From Erysipelothrix larvae (lineage in GTDB: Bacteria > Bacillota_I > Bacilli_A > Erysipelotrichales > Erysipelotrichaceae), in the NCBI RefSeq assembly GCF_001545095.1, contig NZ_CP013213.1, positions 150,001 through 182,000 on the forward strand: a DNA stretch of 32,000 bases, written 5' to 3'. Position 1 is the stretch's first letter; every line of letters starts with the position of its first letter. A model generated the notes under the pieces. It saw nothing but the letters and a program-made list of their open reading frames with translations, did not search any database and was not told where the DNA came from. Made by a program: the position numbers and the translations under genes. Positions 10,256-17,830 of this stretch are shown one piece after another.

Positions 10256-10912
10256 ATGGTTAAATCGGTAGCGGTGTTAGGCTTGGGATTATTTGGTTCA
10301 GCGGTCGCACGTGGTCTTGCGGAAGATGGCGTCAGTGTGATTGCAGTTGATGAAAATATGGATCACGTTGAAGGTGTTATGGATGCAGTGGACAATGCAG
10401 TTCAAGCAGACTTTACAAAGCTGGATCAGTTAAAAGAAACCGGTGTGGGGAGTGTTGATATCGGGATTGTCGCGACAGGTGAGAAACTTGAAATCACAAT
10501 CCTGGGCATCATGAACTTAAAAAAACTGGGTGTTGAGCACGTAATTGTGAAAACAAAGAATGCCAACTACAAAGAAGTGTTGTTAAAAGTAGGGGCATCG
10601 CGTGTTGTTTTGCCTGAAGTAGAAATGGGAAGACGCCTTGCGAATGAGCTTGCAAGTGCAAATGTACTTGAAGCCTTTAAGCTGGATGATCGGTATCATT
10701 TAGTGGAGATATGCGTGTTGGATAAGTGGGTAGGACATCGCATTAATGAACTTCACTTTAGAAAGAAATATGATTTCAATATTATTGCGATTAAATCACA
10801 AGGATTACCGACATTTGATGCTCAAATAGATCCAACCTATGTAATTCAAGATAAAGATTTATTTTTAGTTCTGTCTGAAAACAAAAATTTAAACGAGAAC
10901 TTACATTTTTAG
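10256..10912 (+). CDS. ktrA: TrkA/KtrA-family potassium-uptake regulatory protein (RCK N plus C domains)
   Basis: Start at ATG 10256 after GGAGGA. It has a Rossmann motif VAVLGLGLFGSAVARGL and a C-terminal TrkA-C like segment. No ktrB is adjacent. Confidence 0.8.
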   Translation: MVKSVAVLGLGLFGSAVARGLAEDGVSVIAVDENMDHVEGVMDAVDNAVQADFTKLDQLKETGVGSVDIGIVATGEKLEITILGIMNLKKLGVEHVIVKTKNANYKEVLLKVGASRVVLPEVEMGRRLANELASANVLEAFKLDDRYHLVEICVLDKWVGHRINELHFRKKYDFNIIAIKSQGLPTFDAQIDPTYVIQDKDLFLVLSENKNLNENLHF

Positions 10913-11053
10913 TTGAATGTTTGAAATATTGCATCATGCCTGTGATAATCTTATGATTTATCACAAATCCAACTAAAATATTCGTTGAAATAAGGGCGAA
11001 ATAGTCACTAAAAACCTTTGTTAGTGTTACAATTCTATTATGGAGGATTCATT

Positions 11054-11503
11054 ATGAAAAAAGTAAAAGCATTACGTTTTATCTTTAGAAATGGACAAGC
11101 TTGGAATGTTGATTTAGAATTTGTTGGGGATCTTTGGATTAAGCAAGTAACCACAAGCTTTGGCCGTATCAATGGGGGAGAATTCACAGAGATCTATCCA
11201 TGTCAATCTTTCAAGATTGAGATATTCCCTGAAGCTGATGCAGGTCAAACAACAGATATCAACTCTGGTGTTTTAGAAATCGGAATGTCAAACCGTGCTG
11301 ACCGTTATGCAGATATTGAAATGATGGACATGATTTATGATGATGATTCAATTAACGAACGTCGTGTCTATTTCCCATTCAAAGCGCAAGACGCAGATGG
11401 TAATGACAACTTATATCAATCATCAAAAGTAACCAGTGATGGTCGCTTGTTTATTGTGATTGACCCAGAGAAAACTGTTGACGATATCTATCCAAATGTA
11501 TAG
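11054..11503 (+). CDS. Hypothetical acidic cytoplasmic protein (149 aa)
   Basis: ATG 11054 follows GGAGGA and the gene has its own terminator. No signal peptide or TM segment is present and I recognise no motif. Confidence 0.6.
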   Translation: MKKVKALRFIFRNGQAWNVDLEFVGDLWIKQVTTSFGRINGGEFTEIYPCQSFKIEIFPEADAGQTTDINSGVLEIGMSNRADRYADIEMMDMIYDDDSINERRVYFPFKAQDADGNDNLYQSSKVTSDGRLFIVIDPEKTVDDIYPNV

Positions 11504-11509
11504 TTTATG

Positions 11510-11538
11510 AACCAGAGATTTCTTATTCTGGTTTTTTT
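11510..11538 (+). terminator. Rho-independent terminator
   Basis: AACCAGA (11510-11516) pairs with TCTGGTT (11527-11533) and is followed by a T-run. Confidence 0.8.
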
Positions 11539-11648
11539 GGGGAAGAACGTGAATTAAGTGTGTGAAGTTATGTAAAGTAGCCATTTTACCTAAGATTTAT
11601 AATGAATTAATGATATAATTACTAGCATGGATTAGAAGGTGATTTATT

Positions 11649-12053
11649 ATGGGTAAATGGCAAGCAAAACTTCAGTCATTTATGAAAGGTCGTTATGGGC
11701 CAGATATCTTATCACGTGACTTAACGTGGTTAGCATTAGCATTAATACTTGCGAATATATTTATTCGCTTCCAATATATGCCAGTGATTGTATTGGTTAT
11801 TATATTGATTGGTTACTTAAGAATGTTTTCAAAAAATTACTCTAAACGTTATAATGAAAACCGTATTTACATGAATGCGCGCGTGAAAATAACACGTCCA
11901 ATTGGCAAGTTTTTCAAACGCATTAAGGATTTGCCGAAATATAAGTATCTTAAGTGTCCAAACTGCAAGCGCGAAATGCGCGTACCAAGAGGGAAAAAAC
12001 AGATTGTTGTTACATGTCCACAGTGTCGAACAAAATTCGATGCAAAATCATAG
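11649..12053 (+). CDS. Membrane protein with C-terminal zinc ribbon
   Basis: The N-terminus is MGKWQAKLQSFMKGRYGPD, followed by two hydrophobic segments and a basic linker. The C-terminus is CPNCKREMRVPRGKKQIVVTCPQCRTKF (CxxC-N17-CxxC). Confidence 0.7.
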   Translation: MGKWQAKLQSFMKGRYGPDILSRDLTWLALALILANIFIRFQYMPVIVLVIILIGYLRMFSKNYSKRYNENRIYMNARVKITRPIGKFFKRIKDLPKYKYLKCPNCKREMRVPRGKKQIVVTCPQCRTKFDAKS

Positions 12054-12062
12054 GAGTGTTTG

Positions 12063-12533
12063 ATGTCACAAAAAGATTATTATAAGACATTAGGTGTTGC
12101 AAGAGATGCAACACAGGATCAGATAAAAAAGGCATATCGAAAAATGGCACAAAAGTACCATCCAGATGTCAATAAAGCACCAGAAGCTGAAGCAATCATG
12201 AAAGAAGTGAATGTTGCTTATGATGTGTTGTCCGATCCAAACAAGAAAGCACAGTATGATCAATTCGGATCTTCTGGACCTAATTATGGTGGATACCAAC
12301 AAAGGCCAGGTGGAAATGGACAACAGTACACCGGAGGTTATTCAAGTTTTGAAGACCTTTTTGCAGAAATGTTGCGCCAACAACAAGCGCGTCAATACCA
12401 ACAAACCCAATATCGTCGGACAACAAATCAACGGCCTACGACTTTGGGTGGACTAATATTTAGAATGTTGTATGCAATGTTTGTATTGCAGATTATTCTG
12501 AATATACTTTCGTTTTTCTTTAGATTAATATAG
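12063..12533 (+). CDS. J-domain (DnaJ-like) protein with Q/G/Y-rich linker and C-terminal transmembrane anchor
   Basis: The J domain reads [35 protein letters not shown]...[18 protein letters not shown], with the HPD motif present. A low-complexity Q/G/Y stretch follows, then the hydrophobic tail [25 protein letters not shown]. The TAGGAG RBS lies 6 nt upstream. Confidence 0.8.
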   Translation: MSQKDYYKTLGVARDATQDQIKKAYRKMAQKYHPDVNKAPEAEAIMKEVNVAYDVLSDPNKKAQYDQFGSSGPNYGGYQQRPGGNGQQYTGGYSSFEDLFAEMLRQQQARQYQQTQYRRTTNQRPTTLGGLIFRMLYAMFVLQIILNILSFFFRLI

Positions 12534-12543
12534 GAGGATTATT

Positions 12544-13248
12544 ATGAGACATGCCCCGTTATATATACAAATTGCGGAACAGTTAAGAAGTGATATCATT
12601 GATGGTAAGTATCCACTTGGAAGTCTACTTCCAACTGAGATTCAACTTGAACAAATGTTCCAAGTGAGTAAAATTACCATACGAAATGCAGTCAAGATTT
12701 TAACTGAAGAGGGATATGTAACAAAAAAGAGTGGGGTAGGGACAAGAGTAGTAAAAAATAATATACTGTCGCAATTAGAACACGTAGCTTCTTTTTCTTC
12801 AATTCTCGCAAGTGAAGCCAACACATCAATTCAACGTTCATCATTGGATGTTGTTGAAATAGATGAATCGCATGAATATTTCCCAATCTTTGGGAATCGA
12901 TACAGGAAGTTCAAGAAGTATTACTATAATGAAGGCGTATTAGTTGCAGCGTTTGTTTATTCATTTCAATACTTTGATTTTGATGAAGATGATCAAATGA
13001 AGCTCGACCAAATGACATTGCATGAGTTTCTTGCGTCAAAGAACTATGATGCTTATAAGGTACGAGATGAATTTGTCATTATACATCGCAGTGAAAACTC
13101 AGAAGCTCAAGAAGTATTTGAAGCGGATGTCGATCTGTTGTTGAAACGTGGTCGCACTGTATTAAACCATCATGGTATGATTATTGGATTCCATACAGGA
13201 TATATTGATACACAAACATATCCTTATGTTGTAGAGTTTGAAGCATAA
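12544..13248 (+). CDS. GntR-family regulator, HutC subfamily (UTRA effector domain)
   Basis: The N-terminal wHTH is PLYIQIAEQLRSDIIDGKYPLGSLLPTEIQLEQMFQVSKITIRNAVKILTEEGYVTKKSGVGTRV. The 234-aa length with a UTRA-like C-terminus fits the subfamily. The gene starts 10 nt after the J-domain gene behind AGGAGG. Confidence 0.85.
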   Translation: MRHAPLYIQIAEQLRSDIIDGKYPLGSLLPTEIQLEQMFQVSKITIRNAVKILTEEGYVTKKSGVGTRVVKNNILSQLEHVASFSSILASEANTSIQRSSLDVVEIDESHEYFPIFGNRYRKFKKYYYNEGVLVAAFVYSFQYFDFDEDDQMKLDQMTLHEFLASKNYDAYKVRDEFVIIHRSENSEAQEVFEADVDLLLKRGRTVLNHHGMIIGFHTGYIDTQTYPYVVEFEA

Positions 13249-13254
13249 TAAAGG

Positions 13255-13281
13255 GCAGTGTCTACGGATGCTGCTTTTTTT
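13255..13281 (+). terminator. Probable rho-independent terminator of the zinc-ribbon/J-domain/GntR operon
   Basis: GCAGTGTC...GGATGCTGC forms a stem (including G-U pairs) followed by TTTTTTT. Confidence 0.55.
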
Positions 13282-13341
13282 ATGGAAGTTTGTTAATATC
13301 CCAGTGCCACATAATCCAGAGTATTAAGCGATGTTCAATGT

Positions 13342-13367
13342 ATAAAAAAAACGACATTGTGTCGTTT
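13342..13367 (-). terminator. Rho-independent terminator of the TCS-ABC operon
   Basis: The minus strand reads AAACGACACAATGTCGTTTTTTTTA directly after the kinase stop codon (13368-13370). Confidence 0.8.
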
Positions 13368-14255
13368 CTATCGAACATAGAGTGTCAGTGTAAATGTAAT
13401 TTCATCATTACTTTGATGTGCTGAAAGCGCCATATCCATCGATTTTGCTAACTCATAAGCAATAGAGAGGCCAAGACCGCTTGAGGCGTTGGATCTATCT
13501 TTGCTATTACGGTATGTGCGATCAAAGATTCGGTTTAGATCAAGAGATTCAGAGGCTCCTTTATTTACAAATGAGATATTAAGCGTGCGTTCTGAAGTTC
13601 TTATCGTGGAAATCGAGAAATATTGACTCCCATGATTTAATGCGTTCTTAATAAGATTACTGATAATACGATTGAATGCTGCAACATCAAAGTCGCCTGT
13701 GATGGCATCGTCACCGATATTGATTTCAATGGACTCGAAGTGTTGATTTAAGGAATCATAATAAAGTGCGAGGTTTTCTTGCAGTATCCGATTTGGATTC
13801 TGTGGCTCAATCGACAGTGGGAATTCATCAGAGCTGAGCTGACTGAGCATATAAAAGTCTTCAACATGGTTGTTTAATACTTTAATACGTTTTTCTACGA
13901 GGCTGAGTCGTTCTTTGTCTTTGTCTGATAAATTACTGTCTTGGACTATTTGAATATAACCAAGCATGGATGTAAGGGGAGTTCTGAAATCATGTGCGAT
14001 TGATGTCGTCATTTGCTGTAGTTGTTGCAGCATCCGATCGTTGTATTGTATCAAGTCATAATATTCTGATAAAAGATTATTCAGTTCATAAACAAGGTTG
14101 TTTAGGGATGGTTCATTATCCATAATTTGAATCGGTGAAAGTGTCTTGAAATTTCGCGATACATTGATCTGCTTTGCAAGACCTCTTATTTCATGTGAAA
14201 GGATTATGTAAACAAGAATACCACCAATCAATAATCCGATAATGAACAAAATCAT
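13368..14255 (-). CDS. Sensor histidine kinase with one N-terminal TM helix and no extracytoplasmic domain
   Basis: The H-box is SIAHDFRTPLTSMLGY, the N-box is ISNLIKNALNH and the G-box is GLGLSIAYELA. The only hydrophobic segment is MILFIIGLLIGGILVYIIL. Confidence 0.85.
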   Translation of the reverse strand: MILFIIGLLIGGILVYIILSHEIRGLAKQINVSRNFKTLSPIQIMDNEPSLNNLVYELNNLLSEYYDLIQYNDRMLQQLQQMTTSIAHDFRTPLTSMLGYIQIVQDSNLSDKDKERLSLVEKRIKVLNNHVEDFYMLSQLSSDEFPLSIEPQNPNRILQENLALYYDSLNQHFESIEINIGDDAITGDFDVAAFNRIISNLIKNALNHGSQYFSISTIRTSERTLNISFVNKGASESLDLNRIFDRTYRNSKDRSNASSGLGLSIAYELAKSMDMALSAHQSNDEITFTLTLYVR

Positions 14256-14265
14256 AAAAACCCTC

Positions 14266-15003
14266 CTAGCTTAGGTCGCTTTGTTTTAAGAAGCAAGTTG
14301 AAAGTGCACTTGAAGTAAGTACAACCAGTAATAGAACTGCAATAAAGAGTGTTGGTGAGACTTCTTGACTTCCAACTCTGATTTGGGCGAGCATTGAACT
14401 CAGGGTAACGGTAGATAATTCTTTAAGTGGCTCAAACAACTCAATAAATCGTGAAAAGAGATAGTTTAGCCACCCAGTTGTGATAAGAATATAGCCAACA
14501 ATACTTAAGGCAGTGTTTTTGAAACGGTAAACAACAACCGATGTGATTGCACTAAAACCAATAATAGAGGCAAAGGTATAGCCACCAATTCTAACAAGCA
14601 TCTGTAAAAGTTTCATATCATAGGGGGAAAATCTTCCACCAAAGAGAAGATATATCCCTATGAAAATAAATCCGTGAATAAGGGCTACAAATCCTGTAAA
14701 GAGCGTCATCACGATGAGTTTTGAACTCACAACTGTTGCGTGTGATTTTCCAGTGCTCACAAGATTCCCCAATGTATTTGCTTTGAAATCATCACAATAT
14801 ACTGCCGAAAATGCATGTGCACTGATGATAAGGGAAACAAATTGAAGCGCATTGATTCCTTCAAGAAGTATTTGCTCTCCACTTTCAAATGTCGAAAGGA
14901 CAACGGTCACAAAGAGAAATAAGCCAATCCAAACACCATAGTATATTTTCGTTGATCGTTTATGTGACAGACGATAAAGTTCTGCATGAATTGTTTGAAT
15001 CAC
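14266..15003 (-). CDS. ABC-2 type permease (LanE/LanG- or BcrB-like), copy 2
   Basis: The 245-aa protein has six hydrophobic segments. The N-terminus IHAELYRLSHKRSTKIYYGVW is paralogous to the upstream permease (IKAELYRLARKRSTYIYYGVL). Confidence 0.75.
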   Translation of the reverse strand: MIQTIHAELYRLSHKRSTKIYYGVWIGLFLFVTVVLSTFESGEQILLEGINALQFVSLIISAHAFSAVYCDDFKANTLGNLVSTGKSHATVVSSKLIVMTLFTGFVALIHGFIFIGIYLLFGGRFSPYDMKLLQMLVRIGGYTFASIIGFSAITSVVVYRFKNTALSIVGYILITTGWLNYLFSRFIELFEPLKELSTVTLSSMLAQIRVGSQEVSPTLFIAVLLLVVLTSSALSTCFLKQSDLS

Positions 15004-15015
15004 AACCGGCCTCCT

Positions 15016-15759
15016 TTAAACAGAAATTTCCTTTTTGTTGAAGAGGAATGTTGATATTGAGATGGATACCAAGACGTAGGCTGCCATGATTCCAAAGAAT
15101 TGAACATTAAGACTAAGATCAGGTCCAGATCCCATAAGATTCATAATTTGCTCTGTAATTGAAAATTGCATTGCTTCATCCAAAAACGGAATGATATTTC
15201 TTACCATATTCAAGATATTGTAAACAAAACCTAAGTTAAAGAAGAGATAGAGTGCAACACTGATCGTTGAGGATTGAAACTGTAGCAAGACAATTGAAGA
15301 TAGGGTTGCATAGGCAACAGAACTTGCAATGACACACACCAAGAATTTTAACAACCCTTGAACCAGTATAAGTTGGGTTCCTTCAAAACTACCACCATAG
15401 TAAACATATAGCCCACCATACACTAAGACAAGTCCGATAAAGACTGTAACAGTATGAATTACAAATAGGAGTACTTTTGATAGGATGAGTGCAGTGCGCG
15501 ATAAACCTGTACTAATTGTGTTGGCATATGTTTTTGATGCGATATCATCACAGTATACTGCTAAGAATACTTGAGTTGTTACAAAGAGTGAAACGACTTG
15601 GACCAATCCAAATCCGAGTTCAAGGAAGAAAGTTGGGGAATCAACATTAACTAAAAGTAGCATGATGCCCACAAATGCAGCAACCAAGACACCGTAGTAA
15701 ATATAGGTGGAACGTTTGCGAGCGAGTCGATAGAGTTCAGCTTTAATGTATTGAAGCAT
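15016..15759 (-). CDS. ABC-2 type permease (LanE/LanG- or BcrB-like), copy 1
   Basis: The likely start ATG 15759 (MLQYIKAELYRL...) lies 7 nt after GGAGGA and overlaps the ATPase 3' end. It has six hydrophobic segments. Confidence 0.75.
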   Translation of the reverse strand: MLQYIKAELYRLARKRSTYIYYGVLVAAFVGIMLLLVNVDSPTFFLELGFGLVQVVSLFVTTQVFLAVYCDDIASKTYANTISTGLSRTALILSKVLLFVIHTVTVFIGLVLVYGGLYVYYGGSFEGTQLILVQGLLKFLVCVIASSVAYATLSSIVLLQFQSSTISVALYLFFNLGFVYNILNMVRNIIPFLDEAMQFSITEQIMNLMGSGPDLSLNVQFFGIMAAYVLVSISISTFLFNKKEISV

Positions 15760-16666
15760 CGCTTGGTCCTCCAATCAGATTAAGGAAGTAGTCTTCGAGA
15801 CTGGCTTCATTGGTCGAAATTTGATACAGTGTGATTCCATTGCTCACCATTAAGTTGTTAATAATATTTGGTTCGTGAACATAATCATTAAGAATGATTG
15901 TTTTATCATCAAAGACACGGAAATTGGTTGTATTTGCTTCTTCTTCAAGGAGTATAGAAGCTTTCGCAACATTATCGACGACAATCTTCAAAGAACTGCG
16001 GGTTCTCTCATGGAGTTCTTGAGCTGTAATTTCTTCAATAAGTTTTCCTTTTTCAATAAATCCAAAACGAGTTGCCATTAATCCGAGTTCACCTAAAATG
16101 TGGGATGAAACAACGAATGTGATACCAATTTCTTTATTGAGGTGTTGAATGAGTTTCCTAAAGTCAGCAATCCCTTGTGGATCAAGTCCATTAACGGGTT
16201 CGTCCAGAATAATCACCTTAGGCGATCCCATCAACGCATTCGCAATTCCAAGTCTTTGCTTCATACCCATTGAGTAGGATTTAAAGGGTTTTTTCACCCC
16301 TGCCAAATCAACAAGCTTTAAGACACGATCAATTTCTGTTTTATCTTGAATCCCTTTGAGAAGTCTAAAGTAGTTGAGATTATCATAGGCATTCAAATAG
16401 GAGAAGAAGCTAGGCCCGTTCATGAATCCAATATTGTGTCTTCCAACGCGAAGCCCTGAATCGGATGGATCACCAAACAATGCGATATCCCCATTTGTTG
16501 GTTGTGTGAGTCCCATTAAAAGTTTAAAGAGTGTTGACTTACCGGCACCATTTCGACCGATAAGACCGTAGATGTCACCAAATTCAAGGGATAGTGAGAC
16601 GTTGTTTACCGCTGCATAATCACCATAATTTTTCGTGAGATTGTGTGTTTTTATAACTGTTGTCAT
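15743..16666 (-). CDS. ABC transporter ATP-binding protein (ABC-2/BcrA/LanF-like, with C-terminal extension)
   Basis: Walker A is GRNGAGKST, the signature is YSMGMKQRLGIANAL and Walker B is VIILDEPVNGLDP. The 307-aa length includes an extra C-terminal domain of about 80 aa. Confidence 0.9.
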   Translation of the reverse strand: MTTVIKTHNLTKNYGDYAAVNNVSLSLEFGDIYGLIGRNGAGKSTLFKLLMGLTQPTNGDIALFGDPSDSGLRVGRHNIGFMNGPSFFSYLNAYDNLNYFRLLKGIQDKTEIDRVLKLVDLAGVKKPFKSYSMGMKQRLGIANALMGSPKVIILDEPVNGLDPQGIADFRKLIQHLNKEIGITFVVSSHILGELGLMATRFGFIEKGKLIEEITAQELHERTRSSLKIVVDNVAKASILLEEEANTTNFRVFDDKTIILNDYVHEPNIINNLMVSNGITLYQISTNEASLEDYFLNLIGGPSDASIH

Positions 16667-16693
16667 AATATGTCACCTTTCTTTCATGGGAAA

Positions 16694-16748
16694 AGTATAG
16701 CAATGAAAGTTTAAATTCATTGTAAGTAAGTCTTAAATAAGTCTTAAA
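16694..16748 (-). promoter_or_regulatory. Internal promoter with tandem 11-bp direct repeat, a candidate response-regulator binding site
   Basis: The minus strand reads TTTAAGACTTA TTTAAGACTTA (16748-16727), then 27 nt, then TATACT (16699-16694). About 20 nt further on is the AAAGGTGA RBS and the ATPase ATG. No good -35 is present, as expected for an activator-dependent promoter. Confidence 0.5.
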
Positions 16749-17412
16749 TCGATAATTTATAGCCTAAACCCCAAATTGTGTCGATTGATATTTTCGCATT
16801 ATGGTCTGCAAGTGTTTTTCGAAGGCGTGAGATATGAACGGACAAGGTATTATCGTCACCATAATAGGTGTCCTCCCATATCTGTTCGTAGAGTGTTGCT
16901 TTTGTGAAGACACGATTAGGGGCACGCATCATGAAAACAAGAAGTTCTTGTTCTTTGAGCGTGAGTGTCAAAGGCGCATCATCACAAAAAAATGTACGGG
17001 ATGCTTCATGATAAGTGACATTATTAACACGAATTACTTCTGGTAAGACTTCTTTGGGTGAACGTTTTCGTAGTTGAACTTGAACGCGGGCTAAGACTTC
17101 CCGATTATCAAAAGGTTTAGTAATATAATCATCTGCTCCAAGTTCTAGAAGGTTTACACGATTTGAGACATCCGAGAGCGCGGATATGATAATGAAAGGG
17201 GATGTTGTTAAAAGGCGTGCCTGTTGAATTACTTCAGCTCCAGAAAGGCCGGGGAGCATTAAGTCCAAGAGCACACAATCAAAAGAATCAGATTCTATAA
17301 GACGCAGTGCTTCAGTGCCTGAGTAGGCTTGGGTTATCGTGTAGTGTGGTGAAAGTAATTCAAAGAGCAATTGGTTTATTTCATTATCATCTTCTACGAT
17401 TAGGATGTTCAT
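16744..17412 (-). CDS. OmpR/PhoB-family response regulator
   Basis: The receiver domain is ILIVEDDNEI...DCVLLDLMLPGLSG...KPF. The C-terminal winged-helix is LTLKEQELLVFMMRAPNRVFTKATLYEQIW...TLSVHISRLRKTL...IDTIWGLGYKL. Confidence 0.9.
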   Translation of the reverse strand: MNILIVEDDNEINQLLFELLSPHYTITQAYSGTEALRLIESDSFDCVLLDLMLPGLSGAEVIQQARLLTTSPFIIISALSDVSNRVNLLELGADDYITKPFDNREVLARVQVQLRKRSPKEVLPEVIRVNNVTYHEASRTFFCDDAPLTLTLKEQELLVFMMRAPNRVFTKATLYEQIWEDTYYGDDNTLSVHISRLRKTLADHNAKISIDTIWGLGYKLSI

Positions 17413-17435
17413 ATGATCCCTCCCATTTTATTAAT

Positions 17436-17464
17436 ATCATAGCATTTCATCAGGATGCTTTCAA
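17436..17464 (-). promoter_or_regulatory. Sigma-A type promoter for the response-regulator gene
   Basis: The minus strand reads TTGAAA (17464-17459), a 17-nt spacer, then TATGAT (17441-17436). The GGGAGGG RBS and ATG 17412 follow. Confidence 0.6.
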
Positions 17465-17542
17465 CGCTTGTGTTGGTGTGATTGGATAAATATCAGGGAT
17501 GAATTTAGACGCATACGTACAATCAAAGAAAAGGTTAAGCTA

Positions 17543-17830
17543 TTGATTCATATCGCTTTATCAAGATGTGTGACTATGGAGTGAACTACCCGCCACTAAG
17601 CATACGCTCGAAGTGGGGGCTTCTTGAGAACAAAGCAAACTTAATCGACATTCCTGTCGACCAGCGGTCACTTTTATTTATCAAGCTATCCCCGATGTCC
17701 CATCGGTTTATTGTTTTTCATTCTTAGGATTGATGCGAAAGTCTTAATCCTTCATTCAGGATATTGATGCTTGCATTCAAATCACGATCGTGTGTGATGT
17801 TGCAGTTGGAACATTCCCATTGACGTATCT
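17543..17830 (-). ncRNA. Candidate omega-RNA (TnpB guide RNA scaffold) spanning the tnpB 3' end and right end; extent approximate
   Basis: The roughly 130-180 nt after the tnpB stop is conspicuously GC-rich and structured compared with its AT-rich flanks. Hairpins are CCGATG-GGA-CATCGG (17692-17706), TCGACA-GGAA-TGTCGA (17645-17660) and CTC-GAAG-CCCCCA-CTTC-GAG (17607-17628). The position matches where omega-RNAs are encoded in IS605 elements. Confidence 0.45.
17607..17628 (-). repeat. Right-end subterminal hairpin of the IS element
   Basis: The plus strand reads CTCGAAGTGGGGGCTTCTTGAG. The stem is GAAG/CTTC with an outer CTC/GAG, followed by TTG as at the left end. Confidence 0.55.
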
